Assembly (NCBI GenBank): GCA_027623195.1
Contig: JAQBUT010000005.1
Coordinates: 78,233 to 142,232, forward strand
Length of the DNA: 64,000 nt
Direction of reading: 5' to 3'
DNA from: Chloroflexota bacterium
GTDB lineage: Bacteria; Chloroflexota; Dehalococcoidia; Lucifugimonadales; JADFKI01
Shown: one piece after another, positions 51,175 to 63,289 of the stretch
Layout of the letters: each line of letters starts with the position of its first letter
How positions within the stretch are numbered: the first letter of the stretch is position 1
Notes under the pieces: model-generated
Told to the model about the DNA's origin: nothing
The model's database searches: none
Seen by the model: only the letters and a program-made list of their open reading frames with translations
Position numbers and translations under genes: made by a program

Positions 51175-54100
51175 CTAGGCGGTCTGAGTGGGGATGGTGC
51201 GCTTGATGGCGTGCGACAGCAGGAGCATTTCCTTCTCAAGCGCATCAAAGACAGGGCGTGCCTGAGTGACATCCCCAGCATGGGCCATCATCTCCAGTCT
51301 GAGGGAGAGGTTGTATGCCAAGTCCGCGCCGAACATCCCCAGAAGGTCCTTCAACGAACGCGCTATGAGCCGTATCGAATCGTGGTCATTATTTTCGATG
51401 GCCTGGCACATGTTAAGCATCAGTTCAGGATAGTTGGCAAGGTACTGCCTGGTCATCTCCGAAAATAGCCACTCATTGCCGAACCTACGCATGGCGGCGG
51501 CAATGTCAGGGCCGGGCTCCGAATCCTCATTCGCAGGCGCGATTAGCTCAGCCTCTGTTGTCGCCTGTGAGGCCGGGGCTTCCGACTCTTGGGCAGGCTC
51601 AGGTTCGGGTTCAGCCGCAGGGGCCTGGCTAACGACGCCATCGCCTTTACTTTGCGTCTCCGAAACAGACTCTACTAACGCATTGGACGGCGAGACTACT
51701 GACGGCTCTACATCCACTTTCGCATTACCAGCCAGCCGCTCCAATACCTCGTAAAAGGCCTGGATAGCTATGGGCTTGGATATATATCCATCCATCCCTG
51801 CTTCCAGACACATTTCCTCGTCGCCTTGCATGGCGTTCGCCGTCATCGCGATTATGATCAGATGGCCTTCGCCCTTGGCCTCATTTTGCCTAATAGCTCT
51901 TGTTGCCGCTATACCATCCAATTTCGGCATTTGCATGTCCATAAGGACGCAGTCGAACTCTTGATTCCCTAGTGCTTCCAGCGCAGCCTGTCCATCTCCT
52001 ACCACCGTGGGGATATGTCCCTGGCGTTCCAGCAGCCTCAATGCCAGCCGCTGATTTACCTCATTATCTTCGGCAACTAATATTCGCAGGCCGCCCATTT
52101 TACTTGGCGGGTTTACCGGAATATCTGGTAAATCCGACGGCGTGTCGGAAGATTGCACTGTGCGTAACGCTCCCGTGATGGCGTCCAGCAGGCTGGACTG
52201 ACTGACGGGTTTGAGGATATGGCCCGTTACGCCAACATCGCGACACCTGGCCATATCCTCCTTCTGATTCAGTGTAGTAAGCATCATGATCGCAGAAAGG
52301 GACGGCGCGAACTCTGACTTGATTAGCTTCAAAAGCTCGAAGCCATCATCGCCAGCCAGGTCGCTATCCACGATTGCCAAAGCCACGCTCCGACCGTTTG
52401 AGGCATGACGCTGGAGCGATTCAATCGCCTGTTTTGCATCCACAGCAGGTATAGGTTCCAGACCCCAGTTGGCAACCATTTGCTCGATATTGACCAGGTT
52501 GGTTGGGTTGTCATCCACAATCAGGACAGAAATGCCCTGCATTTCCGGCACAGGGCCCAATTCCAAAGCATTTTCAGTCTCGGGTAATTTGCCGAATTCC
52601 GCAGTGAAGTGGAAGGTGCTGCCGAAACTAACCTCGCTATCCAGCCATATGTGTCCGCGCATCAAACTCACTAGTTTGGAGCAGATACTCAAACCAAGGC
52701 CGGTGCCGCCGTACTTGCGAGTGGTTGAATTATCCGCCTGCGAGAAGGAGTCGAATATGGCCTGCTGCGCCTGAGGAGCTATTCCTATTCCTGTGTCCCG
52801 GACCGAAATGTGGAGTTTTTCTCCCTCGCCATCATACGGCTCCTGTGCGACATTAACGACGATCTCACCATGTTCGGTGAACTTGATGGCGTTGCCAACG
52901 AGGTTTACCACGATCTGGCGTAGACGTACCGGGTCTCCGAGCAAATTCGGCGGCACCTCCGGCTCGACAAGTTGCACCAGTTCCAAGTTCTTCTCATGAG
53001 CACTAAGCGCCGTTATTTGCAGGGCATCAGATAGGCATTCCCGTACGTCGAAGCTCGTGGATTCCAGGTCAAGCTTCCCCGCCTCAATCTTCGAAAAATC
53101 AAGTATGTCGTTAATGATCTTTAGAAGTGCGTTTGCAGACTTGCTGACCATGCCAACATACTCCCGTTGCTCGGAAGTTAGCTCGGTTTCCAAGACCAGA
53201 TTGCTCATGCCAATGATGCCGTTCATAGGCGTCCAAATCTCGTGGCTCATGTTGGCCAGGAAATCGCTCTTCGCCAGGGTGGCTTGCTCGGCCCGGTCCC
53301 TTGCCTGCTCTAGTTCGTATTCGACTTGCTTTCGCTCGGTAATGTCGATCCAGGCTCCCACGATATGGCTGGGGACACCCTCCTCGTCCCTAATCAGGCG
53401 AAGGAAATCCCCGAACCACTTGTATGAACCATCAGCGATTTGCCATCGGTATTCATGCTGATGCCGGTCCTCGTCGAATAGAGCTGGCAAATTAGCGAAT
53501 ATCGCGTCGCGATCATCTGGATGAATATGATCGGCCCAGAAACCTGAGTCTCCCATAAAGTCGTCCGTCCGATACCCTGTGACGTCAGACGCATTGGGGC
53601 TGATATAGTACGTAGCTCCGTAGTCGCCTCCCGCCTCGGATACGTAAGTAACAATCGGCAAATTCTCTATGACCAGAGAAAGCTGTTCATTCGTTTGCCG
53701 TAGGGCATCCGCCGCTTGCCTCCTCTCAGTAACGTCACGCACCAAGGCAAACAAACACTGCTTGCCTTCTAGTTCTATCAGACCAACCCTCATTTCAACT
53801 GGGACCTCACTACCGTCTTTCCGCCGGAAAGTGTCTTCGATAATGAAGCCTGAATCTAAAGATGCGCGCTTCCAATCCTCGGCGAAGAGATCAGTTTCAA
53901 ACCCTACTGCGATATCTCCAGCTGAAACCCCAATCATCTCTTCTCTGGCGTAACCCAGTTGGTTAGAAAACCACTGATTGACGTCTTGTACGGTGCCCCG
54001 ATCATCCAAGACCAGGAATCCGTCAATCGAATGCTCCACCAGGGACCGGAATCGCTCCTCACTCTTTTGGAGCCTCCACTCCGACTGTTTTCGTTCGGTA

Positions 54101-55716
54101 ATTTCCCTAACAATGGCCTGGAAGCCACGAATATCGCCATCCTCTGCCATGAGCCTTGTGCGCTGTTCCATCCACTTCACATCGCCCGATTTGGTAACGA
54201 TGGGGAATTCAAGAAGGGACTCAGGCCTGTTTTCCATTATTTGTTGATTATAGAACTGCCTAACTCCCTCCCTCCAGTCCGGGTGTACGAACTCAGTGTA
54301 GTTGTGACCCAGGATTTCTTCTTCGGAGAAACCAGATACCTTCGGCGCAACCGGATTTACGTAGGTGAAAATTCCATTGGCATCAATGGTGTAAACCACG
54401 TCTGTGGCCAGTTCCACCATCTGTCTGTACTTATCCTGGCTTTCTGATAGGGCGCTGCTAGTCAATTGAAGGTGCTGATAAAGCTGATTATTAGCTATGG
54501 CACCAGCAATCTGATCGGAGATGCGCTGTGCCATTGGCAGATCGTCCTCTGAGAGGCCGTTAGGTGTCTGGGAAAGCAGATGCATAGCGCCAAAAACACT
54601 GCCGTTGGATATTAGAGGCACCCCTACGTATGACCTGTTCCCGGCTTCTCTAAGTGGCATAAGGTCAAAATAGTTTGTGGTCAGGTCCTCATTGTCTTTT
54701 AGCTCCAGGTGAAAGCCAACGCCAGTGTTTAGGATTCGTTCCGTAGCCGTTCCAGGTAGAAGTGAACTCTCGCCCTGTTGCCAATAATTCTCCGGATGAG
54801 AATCACTTGAGCCGTGAATTATGACCACAGAGTTGTTTGTTGGGTTAGCGATAGCGAGACCAAGAGCGTCGGTGCCTACCAGGCCCAAAATCTTCTGCGC
54901 AAACTGGTCACACACCTCTTCAAGGCGGGACGATGAACTGGCCAAACGGCCTATTTCGCCGATCATCGCGTTTTCCTCGGCCAACCGATTGGCCGTCTCC
55001 TCTGCCTCCATCATTGCCGTGATGGATCTATTCCGTAGCGTTACATCGTGGAATATCCCTCTGGTATATACCGGTTCATCGTCCACGAAATGGCAACTTA
55101 CGTGCCCCTCGACATCCATGATGTCGCCATTTTTTGTAAGGAATTGGACTTCGATATGCTCCGGGGGCCCGCCCGCCATTAGACTGGCGAAGACATCCTG
55201 GCAATGCTCTAGATTATTCTTGTGAATTATGTCAAAGACCAGGAGATTTACTAAATCTGCCTCCGCGTAACCCAGAGCGTCCATCCAAGCCTTGTTTACT
55301 AATACGAATCCACCTTCGGGATCTACGCTCTGAATAAGTTCGGAGGCATTATCAAACAGGTCTCGATACCTGCCTTCGCTCTCTTCCAAAGATGTGCGCT
55401 GACTGCGAAAGGTACGGGAACCTCGCCATATTATCAAAAGCAATATCAGATATAGCGCGCTGAACGACCCGCCGATCACGGCACGAGACTGCCAATGCAA
55501 AGCATAGACATTGGCGCTTATTGCTTCCATGGAATGCGATGCCGACGCTTCAGGAAGGCCGTCGACCTGCATGGACGCTTGGTGGCGTTCAATATCCCTG
55601 AGGCTGCTGTCTAGCCTTGCGCCGAGGAAAAATGATAGAGCCAGCGCCAAAACAGCCAGCAAGAGCAAGCTTGCCAGGGATAACCGCAGCGTTGAATTGT
55701 CTTTAGTCGATAACAC
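51175..55716 (-). CDS. Hybrid sensor histidine kinase (TM, four PAS, GAF, HisKA/HATPase, two REC, degenerate HPt)
   Basis: Four PAS/PAC units ending D/E-V/I-T-x-[27 protein letters not shown] and AEDN receivers. Confidence 0.92.
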   Translation of the reverse strand: MLSTKDNSTLRLSLASLLLLAVLALALSFFLGARLDSSLRDIERHQASMQVDGLPEASASHSMEAISANVYALHWQSRAVIGGSFSALYLILLLIIWRGSRTFRSQRTSLEESEGRYRDLFDNASELIQSVDPEGGFVLVNKAWMDALGYAEADLVNLLVFDIIHKNNLEHCQDVFASLMAGGPPEHIEVQFLTKNGDIMDVEGHVSCHFVDDEPVYTRGIFHDVTLRNRSITAMMEAEETANRLAEENAMIGEIGRLASSSSRLEEVCDQFAQKILGLVGTDALGLAIANPTNNSVVIIHGSSDSHPENYWQQGESSLLPGTATERILNTGVGFHLELKDNEDLTTNYFDLMPLREAGNRSYVGVPLISNGSVFGAMHLLSQTPNGLSEDDLPMAQRISDQIAGAIANNQLYQHLQLTSSALSESQDKYRQMVELATDVVYTIDANGIFTYVNPVAPKVSGFSEEEILGHNYTEFVHPDWREGVRQFYNQQIMENRPESLLEFPIVTKSGDVKWMEQRTRLMAEDGDIRGFQAIVREITERKQSEWRLQKSEERFRSLVEHSIDGFLVLDDRGTVQDVNQWFSNQLGYAREEMIGVSAGDIAVGFETDLFAEDWKRASLDSGFIIEDTFRRKDGSEVPVEMRVGLIELEGKQCLFALVRDVTERRQAADALRQTNEQLSLVIENLPIVTYVSEAGGDYGATYYISPNASDVTGYRTDDFMGDSGFWADHIHPDDRDAIFANLPALFDEDRHQHEYRWQIADGSYKWFGDFLRLIRDEEGVPSHIVGAWIDITERKQVEYELEQARDRAEQATLAKSDFLANMSHEIWTPMNGIIGMSNLVLETELTSEQREYVGMVSKSANALLKIINDILDFSKIEAGKLDLESTSFDVRECLSDALQITALSAHEKNLELVQLVEPEVPPNLLGDPVRLRQIVVNLVGNAIKFTEHGEIVVNVAQEPYDGEGEKLHISVRDTGIGIAPQAQQAIFDSFSQADNSTTRKYGGTGLGLSICSKLVSLMRGHIWLDSEVSFGSTFHFTAEFGKLPETENALELGPVPEMQGISVLIVDDNPTNLVNIEQMVANWGLEPIPAVDAKQAIESLQRHASNGRSVALAIVDSDLAGDDGFELLKLIKSEFAPSLSAIMMLTTLNQKEDMARCRDVGVTGHILKPVSQSSLLDAITGALRTVQSSDTPSDLPDIPVNPPSKMGGLRILVAEDNEVNQRLALRLLERQGHIPTVVGDGQAALEALGNQEFDCVLMDMQMPKLDGIAATRAIRQNEAKGEGHLIIIAMTANAMQGDEEMCLEAGMDGYISKPIAIQAFYEVLERLAGNAKVDVEPSVVSPSNALVESVSETQSKGDGVVSQAPAAEPEPEPAQESEAPASQATTEAELIAPANEDSEPGPDIAAAMRRFGNEWLFSEMTRQYLANYPELMLNMCQAIENNDHDSIRLIARSLKDLLGMFGADLAYNLSLRLEMMAHAGDVTQARPVFDALEKEMLLLSHAIKRTIPTQTA

Positions 55717-55985
55717 TTGGTCTGATACCGTCCAGTTCTTACACGCTTATTACATATGGACAGCTTAGACAGCTATTAAAGACAAAAATAAGGGGCTTTG
55801 GGAGGGCACTTCAATTTATTGCATAAACCCTATGTTTAAGACACGGCATTCGGGAGCGGAGGATGCCACACAAGCCCCAAAACGTTATTTCTACATATGC
55901 CGGTTTATGGATTGGCGATTGTGCAGGGAATTAGGAACCGTTTCTTAGCTAAAATCCGCAAGGAAATACTGGAAGTGGGTATTGC

Positions 55986-56258
55986 ATGATATGTCAGATT
56001 GAGGTCGGCAAGGTTCCTGCTGAGATAAACTGCCATTCTTGCGAAAAGACTGTCGTGGTGATTACGGAAGCTGAGAATGCCATTCCAGGGAGCGTGATGA
56101 GACCAACTTGCTCATGTTTCCATTTATGTATCCGGAAAAACGGCGGCTGGCAATCGCGGACTTACCTGTATGAGGAGCAATGTGGAGGGACTAAACTAAT
56201 CCTCATCGTCCGAGGTGTGTCCAACTTGGACGATGAGGATGTCGATTTAACCTTTTAA
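55986..56258 (+). CDS. Small Cys-rich hypothetical protein
   Basis: 90-aa ORF filling an intergenic gap; CxxC and CxC; no family recognised. Confidence 0.4.
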   Translation: MICQIEVGKVPAEINCHSCEKTVVVITEAENAIPGSVMRPTCSCFHLCIRKNGGWQSRTYLYEEQCGGTKLILIVRGVSNLDDEDVDLTF

Positions 56259-56314
56259 CGGTCCCAAGGGATTGGACCACCAAACCACCTGGGAATCCAA
56301 AAGCTGGATCCAGG

Positions 56315-57568
56315 CTACCTTCTGCTAGTGGTCCGGCGAGGCGGTGTCTTTACGGCACCGCGCCTGGGCTGGCTTCCTCCGTTTTGCCTATGGCCGTTGC
56401 GAGGCAAGTCTGGACGGTCGAAATCATTTGGTATTGCCGGTTCTGAGAAATCGTAATCGAAATCCGGCATTCGTCTACGCTGAATTTTAGAGCCCAACAC
56501 CTTTTCGATTCTACGCACCAGGACTTCGTCTTCCGACGTTGTGAGTGTTAAGGCCTCACCAGTTTGCTCGGCCCGCCCTGTACGACCGATGCGGTGGGTA
56601 TATGCGTCCACGGTATTTGGCATATCGAAGTTGATCACGTGAGATATCTCCGACACGTCTATGCCACGAGCGGCTATATCCGTAGCCACAAGTATGTCGA
56701 ACTTGCCGGTTCGGAACCCGTCGAGGGCATTTTTCCGTTGGTTCTGCGCCATGTTGCCCTGCAACGCTGCAACGCTGTATTTCTGATTCTTCAGATCAAG
56801 CGCTAGCCTTCTAGCGCGATGCTTGGTCCTGGTAAAGATAAGGACGCGGCCTGTAGCCACCTTTTGCAGCACAGCCAGCAGCAGCCTTTTCTTCAGCTGG
56901 AGTGGCACAGGGTATAAGGCGTGAGACACGGTCTTTGCCGGCGCGATCATGTCGACCTGTATGTTGACAGGATTACTCAGGATAAATTTCGACAGCGACC
57001 GAATGTCGTCAGGCATGGTGGCTGAGAAAAACAGGGTCTGTCGGCGATCCGGTACGTATTCGAGGATACGGCGAATGTCTGGCAAGAAGCCCATATCGCA
57101 CATATTATCGGCCTCGTCCAGCACCAGCACCTCAACGGACGACAGGTCGATGTTACGTTCATTAATCAGGTCGAGCAAGCGACCGGGGCAAGCCACGATT
57201 ACATCCGCGCCTCGCCGTATTGCTGCGACCTGAGGCCCTTTGTTGACGCCCCCATAGATGGGGACCACTTTGATCCGGGTGCCCTGCCCTAGTTCGCCGA
57301 ACATCTGGGTTATCTGCTCAGCCAGTTCGCGGGTCGGCGCTATGATTAAAGACCTAACGCCCCCTCTTGTGCCCTCGCTCAACTTCTGCAGAATGGGAAG
57401 AGCGAATGCAGCGGTCTTTCCTGTGCCGGTCTGGGCCAGACCCAGAACGTCTCGTCCGTCGAGTATGGCGGGGATAGCTTTTTGCTGGATGGCGGTCGGC
57501 GTGGTATAGCCCATAGCCTCAACGCCTTTTAGGATATTCGGGTTTAGAGAAAGCTGTTGAAAATTCAA
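56315..57568 (-). CDS. DEAD-box RNA helicase (RhlE-like)
   Basis: Q motif, AQTGTGKT, PTRELA, DEAD, SAT, ARGID, HRIGRTGR. Confidence 0.95.
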   Translation of the reverse strand: MNFQQLSLNPNILKGVEAMGYTTPTAIQQKAIPAILDGRDVLGLAQTGTGKTAAFALPILQKLSEGTRGGVRSLIIAPTRELAEQITQMFGELGQGTRIKVVPIYGGVNKGPQVAAIRRGADVIVACPGRLLDLINERNIDLSSVEVLVLDEADNMCDMGFLPDIRRILEYVPDRRQTLFFSATMPDDIRSLSKFILSNPVNIQVDMIAPAKTVSHALYPVPLQLKKRLLLAVLQKVATGRVLIFTRTKHRARRLALDLKNQKYSVAALQGNMAQNQRKNALDGFRTGKFDILVATDIAARGIDVSEISHVINFDMPNTVDAYTHRIGRTGRAEQTGEALTLTTSEDEVLVRRIEKVLGSKIQRRRMPDFDYDFSEPAIPNDFDRPDLPRNGHRQNGGSQPRRGAVKTPPRRTTSRR

Positions 57569-57593
57569 TACTTAAGGTTACTCCTCGATTTCG

Positions 57594-57679
57594 TTGGGCC
57601 AACTATCATTCTTAGCCCGATAGCACTTCGATTTAAGACTCCGATTATTGTAAGGGGAACCGCTAATTCGCGGGCCCTA
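57594..57679 (-). ncRNA. Candidate structured cis-regulatory 5'-leader RNA
   Basis: Closing stem GGGCC/GGCCC encloses three hairpins, two with complementary loops; starts ~7 nt after TATACT. Confidence 0.55.
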
Positions 57680-58098
57680 ATCTTTAGTATAACGTTTATT
57701 GCATGGTCAGCGCACGTCTACAGTGAATACCAGACCGAAATCCCGGCAAATCGGGCCCCCAAACGCCAATTGACTGGGGTCAAGACAAAGCTGGCACGTC
57801 TGTAATACCTCATTTCATTGCCCAATTCAGATATGTTGATTTATGAGGCCACTATTGGATTCTCCTCGGCATCTCAAAGCGTCACCTTCAGGATATTGAT
57901 AGGGCTTAGAAGCTCTTGAAATAGCGGCTCAAGCTTAATTCAGGTTTTCTTTGAATTTAAGTTCCCGTGTAACCTTCTTGATATAAACATTTAACACTGC
58001 CCAAACATATAGGCCCTTCTACGCTGGTAGTTTTACCCATGCACGTTTCAAAGGCGAAACCTGAATTTAATCGTCTGATCGGAAGTAAAGGGGTAATC

Positions 58099-58266
58099 AT
58101 GTTTCTGCGGCAACTCGGCATAGGCTCTCGTCCCGCTCTGATAATACTTTTAATTGCACTGGCCATGGTCATGACGGCATGCGGAAGTGAAACTAGCTCG
58201 GTCAAACCCAACCCAGTGATCCTTACCGTGACCTGCCCCAGTTTTATGTACCAGTTGTTATGTTAG
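58099..58266 (+). pseudogene. Truncated lipoprotein remnant
   Basis: AAGGGG RBS; signal peptide ending VMTA-C; only ~27 further residues before a stop. Confidence 0.4.
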
Positions 58267-58675
58267 TTTTACAAGCTCTGGGCTGCCTCGTGCGTGCAGG
58301 ACACCTGCCCAAGTCGCGCGCATAATGGCGTAGGCAAATTTCCGTGCGCCAGGCCATAAGGCATTCGTCGTTGACAATAGACGAATGCCTTATGGCACTT
58401 TTGAAGTGTTGTTCGGTCTTCCCCTCTACCACCCAATGCCACATAGATTTGCTGCCGATAAAAGTCGAGTTCGACCTTCCCCTCCTCAGCCACATTCCTA
58501 TCAGGGAGGTCCACAAGGGAGAAGCAATTGTTCGGGATGCTTTTGAGGAAATGTTGAAATCGACTTTCCTCGGCGCGGCCAAGTAGATGCTTTCGTCATA
58601 GAGCGGCGCATTACGGTAAAATCCCTTTGTCACTTTGAACACGGGATCCGGCTTCACAAAAGGCCGCCCTTCAAC

Positions 58676-59527
58676 GTGAGCACCATCTTGCAAAATCGAC
58701 TTGGGGGAACCTTAAGCTTGCACGGCAAGGCCGACATTGTTGTCCGTCGAATCGAAGGAAAACAGCGGGTTGATTACTTCCACCAGAGCCCGATGCGAAT
58801 ATTCTTGCCAAAGACCTACTCAGACGAGGCTGAAGCCGAAATTATTTTGGCTAACACATCTGGGGGCCTGGTAGGGGGCGACGAATTGCAGGTTAACGTC
58901 GTTACAGAAGAAAAGGCAACGGCGGTAATCACGTCGCAGGCCGCGGAGAAGGCGTATCGGTCAGACGGACGAGACGCAACCATCAGGACAAATCTTACGC
59001 TCCGTCCCTGGTCGCGGTTACGTTGGATACCGCAGGAAACGATCCTCTTCGATGGCGTTCGGTTAAGGCGCAGGACCGTCGTGGACGTGGACGGCGACGC
59101 ATCTGCCCTGGCGGGAGAGATGCTGGTATTCGGAAGGTCTGCCAGTGGAGAACATTTCACTCATGGCCTCGTGCACGATGAGTGGCGGGTGAAATTTCAA
59201 GGCAAGTTGGTCTGGGCAGACAGTCTTCACCTCTCGGGCGACGTGGCGCGGCAGATGGAATCTTCGGTAGGATTCGGTAAAAGCAATGCCCATGCGACAC
59301 TCCTGTATGTGTCGTCCGACGCGCCAGACCAAATTGATGGCATAAAGTCTCTGATAAAAACTAACGGATGCAAGACGGGCGCAACACTAATCGGCCATGT
59401 GGTAATCATCCGGTGGCTCGGCAGCGACGCTACGTTAGTAAGGCAAGCCTATACCAACTTTCTCGAGGCATTTGTATCAATGTTGGATTGGGCGGATAAG
59501 AGTGTACCGATTATCTGGAGCGTATGA
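58676..59527 (+). CDS. ureD: Urease accessory protein UreD
   Basis: NTSGGLVGGD, TSQAAEKAYRS, WIPQETILF. Confidence 0.93.
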   Translation: MSTILQNRLGGTLSLHGKADIVVRRIEGKQRVDYFHQSPMRIFLPKTYSDEAEAEIILANTSGGLVGGDELQVNVVTEEKATAVITSQAAEKAYRSDGRDATIRTNLTLRPWSRLRWIPQETILFDGVRLRRRTVVDVDGDASALAGEMLVFGRSASGEHFTHGLVHDEWRVKFQGKLVWADSLHLSGDVARQMESSVGFGKSNAHATLLYVSSDAPDQIDGIKSLIKTNGCKTGATLIGHVVIIRWLGSDATLVRQAYTNFLEAFVSMLDWADKSVPIIWSV

Positions 59528-59624
59528 CAGGACAGCGCAATTGTACGTTGCATTATCGCTATAATACGCCTTTGTCGGAGGGCACCAGGCCCCATAAATA
59601 TATAGAAAATTTCGGAGACTCGAT

Positions 59625-59927
59625 ATGAATCTCACGCCCAGAGAGAAAGACAAGCTGCTGGTGTCTATGGCCGCACTGGTCGCCCGCCGTAGGCAGGAGC
59701 GCGGCGTAAAGCTGAATCATCCCGAGGCCGTGGCACTCATCACGGATTACGTCGTTGAAGGCGCCCGCGACGGTCGTTCGGTGGCAGACCTCATGCAGGC
59801 CGGGGCGACCGTCCTCAGCCGTGAAGATGTAATGGAAGGCGTGCCTGAGATGATACCTGACGTTCAGGTGGAAGCTACTTTTCCCGACGGCACCAAGCTG
59901 GTAACGGTACACCAACCCATCCGCTGA
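59625..59927 (+). CDS. ureA: Urease subunit gamma
   Basis: [11 protein letters not shown]...[14 protein letters not shown]. Confidence 0.98.
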   Translation: MNLTPREKDKLLVSMAALVARRRQERGVKLNHPEAVALITDYVVEGARDGRSVADLMQAGATVLSREDVMEGVPEMIPDVQVEATFPDGTKLVTVHQPIR

Positions 59928-59954
59928 GCCAACCCGCTTGTAAGAAAGGCAACC

Positions 59955-60266
59955 ATGATTCCTGGGGAAATTATAACGGCGTCCGGCGATATAGTCCTAA
60001 ATCGAGGCCGCGAGACCATTGATTTGCAGGTATCCAACACTGGGGACAGGCCAATTCAGGTGGGCTCTCATTATCACTTCTTCGAAACCAACGAGGCCTT
60101 GGAATTCGACCGGCAGCAGGCGCGGGGCTTTCGTTTGGACATCCCGGCGGGGACGGCTGCGCGCTTCGAGCCAGGCCAGACGAGAGAGGTGACTCTTGTG
60201 GCCTACACAGGCACACGCAAAGTAACGGGGTTCAACGGCAAGATTAACGGCCCGCTGGAGAAATAA
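59955..60266 (+). CDS. ureB: Urease subunit beta
   Basis: [23 protein letters not shown]. Confidence 0.98.
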   Translation: MIPGEIITASGDIVLNRGRETIDLQVSNTGDRPIQVGSHYHFFETNEALEFDRQQARGFRLDIPAGTAARFEPGQTREVTLVAYTGTRKVTGFNGKINGPLEK

Positions 60267-60269
60267 TTC

Positions 60270-61979
60270 ATGCCTAGACAGATAGACCGAAACGCTTATG
60301 CAGACATGTTCGGGCCTACCACCGGCGACAAGGTAAGGCTAGCCGACACGGAACTGTTCATTGAAGTTGAAGAGGACAGGACGGTGTACGGCGAGGAGGT
60401 CAAGTTCGGCGGCGGTAAGGCCATTCGCGACGGGATGGGACAGTCTCAGGTCACTCGCAGGGACGGCGCGGTGGACACAGTGATAACCAACGCTCTGATC
60501 CTAGACCATTGGGGCGTCATCAAGGCAGACATAGGGATTAAAGATGGACGCATTTGCTCCATCGGCAAGGCTGGTAATCCAGACATACAGCCCGGCGTAG
60601 ACACCATAATCGGCCCATCCACTGAGATCATCGCAGGAGAAGGAAAAGTGGTGACCGCAGGCGGAATCGACTCTCACATTCACTTCATATCTCCTCAGCA
60701 GATCGACGAGGCGCTTTATAGCGGCATAACCAGTATGTTGGGCGGCGGCACTGGGCCAGCGGCGGGCACTAACGCCACCACGGCAACACCGGGCGCCTGG
60801 CATCTGGGACGTATGCTCATGGCTGCCGACGCCTTTCCCATGAACCTTGGTTTCTGGGGAAAGGGTAACTCCAGCTCGGCGGAAGCCCTGGTGGAGCAGG
60901 TTAACGGCGGGGCCTGTGGTCTCAAATTACACGAGGACTGGGGCTCGACGCCATCCGCTATTGATACCTGCCTGAGCGTTGGTGACGACATGGATGTGCA
61001 AGTGCTGATTCACACCGACACCCTTAACGAATCGGGATTTGTGGAGACCACTATCGACGCCTTCAAAGGGCGCACCATCCACGCCTACCACACGGAAGGC
61101 GCAGGGGGAGGCCACTCCCCGGACATCATCAAGATTTGCGGCCAACTGAACGTTCTTCCGTCTTCCACGAATCCGACGCGGCCATTTACGGTGAACACTA
61201 TCGACGAGCACCTGGACATGCTGATGGTCTGTCACCACCTGAACCCGCGTATTCCAGAAGACATAGCTTTTGCCGAGAGCAGAATTCGGCAGGAGACCAT
61301 TGCGGCGGAGGACATTCTTCACGACCTGGGCGCTATTAGCATGATCTCATCGGATAGCCAGGCCATGGGGCGCGTCGGAGAGGTCATAATCCGCACCTGG
61401 CAGACGGCGGATAAGATGAAGCGCCAGCGGGGTCCTCTGCCGGAAGAGACCGGCGACAACGACAACTTCAGGGCTAAACGATACATTGCCAAGTACACGA
61501 TAAATCCGGCCATAGCCTGTGGCATATCGGACCATGTGGGCTCGCTGGAGGTGGGAAAGCTAGCGGACATCTGCTTGTGGACCCCGGCTTTCTTCGGCGT
61601 CAAGCCGGACATGGTCCTGAAGGGCGGCACCATAGCGGCGGCGATCATGGGTGACCCCAACGCGTCTATCCCCACGCCGCAACCGGCACATTACCGTCCC
61701 ATGTTTGGAGCATATGGGGGTTCAAGAACAGCAAGCTCGGTCACCTTCATTTCGCAGGCCGCCATCGACCAGGGAATACCGGAAGCCCTGGGTTTGAGGA
61801 AGCAGGCAGTGGCAGTGAGGAATACAAGGAGCGTTAACAAGCTTTCCATGATTCACAACGACGCCCTTCCTGAAATCGAAGTTGACCCCGAGACCTACGA
61901 GGTGCGGGCGGACGGTGTGATACTGACCTGCGAGCCGTCTTCAGTGGTCCCTATGGCGCAGCGCTACTTCCTGTTTTAG
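60270..61979 (+). CDS. ureC: Urease subunit alpha
   Basis: [34 protein letters not shown]. Confidence 0.98.
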   Translation: MPRQIDRNAYADMFGPTTGDKVRLADTELFIEVEEDRTVYGEEVKFGGGKAIRDGMGQSQVTRRDGAVDTVITNALILDHWGVIKADIGIKDGRICSIGKAGNPDIQPGVDTIIGPSTEIIAGEGKVVTAGGIDSHIHFISPQQIDEALYSGITSMLGGGTGPAAGTNATTATPGAWHLGRMLMAADAFPMNLGFWGKGNSSSAEALVEQVNGGACGLKLHEDWGSTPSAIDTCLSVGDDMDVQVLIHTDTLNESGFVETTIDAFKGRTIHAYHTEGAGGGHSPDIIKICGQLNVLPSSTNPTRPFTVNTIDEHLDMLMVCHHLNPRIPEDIAFAESRIRQETIAAEDILHDLGAISMISSDSQAMGRVGEVIIRTWQTADKMKRQRGPLPEETGDNDNFRAKRYIAKYTINPAIACGISDHVGSLEVGKLADICLWTPAFFGVKPDMVLKGGTIAAAIMGDPNASIPTPQPAHYRPMFGAYGGSRTASSVTFISQAAIDQGIPEALGLRKQAVAVRNTRSVNKLSMIHNDALPEIEVDPETYEVRADGVILTCEPSSVVPMAQRYFLF

Positions 61980-61982
61980 CCG

Positions 61983-62660
61983 ATGAACAGTCCCGATCTA
62001 TACAGGTTGCTGTCCTGGATATCGCCGTCGTTTCCCGTCGGCGCATATACTTACTCGCACGGCCTGGAATACGCCGCCGAAGCTGGCCTGGTTTCGAATG
62101 AAACGGACCTTCAGGAGTGGCTGGAGGGTGTGCTCCGCTACGGCACAGGCAGAGTGGATGGCATGCTATTCTACGCCGCTTACCAGGCGACGGAGGAGGA
62201 CCTGCCCGACGTTATAGAGTTCGCTTCCGCAATGAGAGGTACTCGTGAACTGGCGACAGAAAGCCATTCCCAGGGCCGGGCGTTTCTCAAGACCATCGAG
62301 TCGGCTTGGGGATGCAGCCTACCTGGCCTATGGCTTGCAGCAGCAGATCAGACGGAAGCAACCACGCCTTACGCCGTCGCGGTGGCGCTGACTTGCAGGA
62401 GGCAGGCAATACCTGTCGAGGTCGGCCTAACGGCGTATCTGCAAGCGTTCGCTTCCAACGTTGTGTCCGCCGCTGTGCGCCTCGTACCCGTCGGACAGAC
62501 TAGCGGCCAGACTGTTCTCGCACACATGGCTAACGTTGTTGGTGAGGTCGTCGATGATGTTCTCCGATCACCTTTGAGCGATATCGGATCATCCACCCCC
62601 ATGCTGGACTGGGTCTCAATTCAGCACGAAAACCAGTACACGAGGTTGTTTAGATCATGA
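61983..62660 (+). CDS. ureF: Urease accessory protein UreF
   Basis: [37 protein letters not shown]. Confidence 0.95.
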   Translation: MNSPDLYRLLSWISPSFPVGAYTYSHGLEYAAEAGLVSNETDLQEWLEGVLRYGTGRVDGMLFYAAYQATEEDLPDVIEFASAMRGTRELATESHSQGRAFLKTIESAWGCSLPGLWLAAADQTEATTPYAVAVALTCRRQAIPVEVGLTAYLQAFASNVVSAAVRLVPVGQTSGQTVLAHMANVVGEVVDDVLRSPLSDIGSSTPMLDWVSIQHENQYTRLFRS

Positions 62661-63289
62661 ATAAATCCATGAACTCCCCGCTGAGGGTTGGCGTTGGAGG
62701 GCCTGTCGGCTCCGGCAAAACAGCACTGATAGACACGCTGTGCAAGCGCCTGCGCAACGATCTGGAGATGGCGGTGGTTACCAACGACATCTACACAAGA
62801 GAAGATGCTGAATTCTTGATTAACAGCGGCGCCCTTCCGCCCGAGCGAATTGTGGGCGTAGAGACTGGCGGATGCCCTCACACGGCTATACGAGAGGATG
62901 CGTCTATCAACATAGAGGCCATCGAAAACATGCGGCGTAGGTTTCCAAGTCTGGACCTAATATTCGTGGAGTCCGGCGGAGATAACCTCGCGGCAACCTT
63001 CAGCCCCGAACTCGCTGACGCCACAATCTACGTGATAGACGTGGCAGCGGGCGACAAGATACCTAGAAAGGGTGGCCCCGGTATTACCCGCTCCGACCTG
63101 CTGGTTATAAACAAGACAGACCTCGCTCCGCTGGTGGGTGCCAGCCTATCGGTGATGGATGCAGATTCCAAAACCATGCGCGGCGAAATGCCGTTCGTCT
63201 TCACAAACCTCAAGAACGGTGACGGCGTGAATGAGGTCATCTCTTTCATAACGGAAGCCCTTGCCGCATCCTCCGCCACTGCCGGTTAG
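62657..63289 (+). CDS. ureG: Urease accessory GTPase UreG
   Basis: [25 protein letters not shown]. Confidence 0.97.
   Translation: MNKSMNSPLRVGVGGPVGSGKTALIDTLCKRLRNDLEMAVVTNDIYTREDAEFLINSGALPPERIVGVETGGCPHTAIREDASINIEAIENMRRRFPSLDLIFVESGGDNLAATFSPELADATIYVIDVAAGDKIPRKGGPGITRSDLLVINKTDLAPLVGASLSVMDADSKTMRGEMPFVFTNLKNGDGVNEVISFITEALAASSATAG

Noticed and set aside
55790..55880. Possible structured RNA closed by GGGGCTT/AAGCCCC
   Set aside because: Inner stems are weak and there is no supporting promoter or tertiary pairing.
58244..58693. ORFs upstream of ureD as ureE or a transposase; TTGACA or TGGCAC as promoter
   Set aside because: No UreE or transposase motifs; no -10 at proper spacing and no sigma54 TTGC element.
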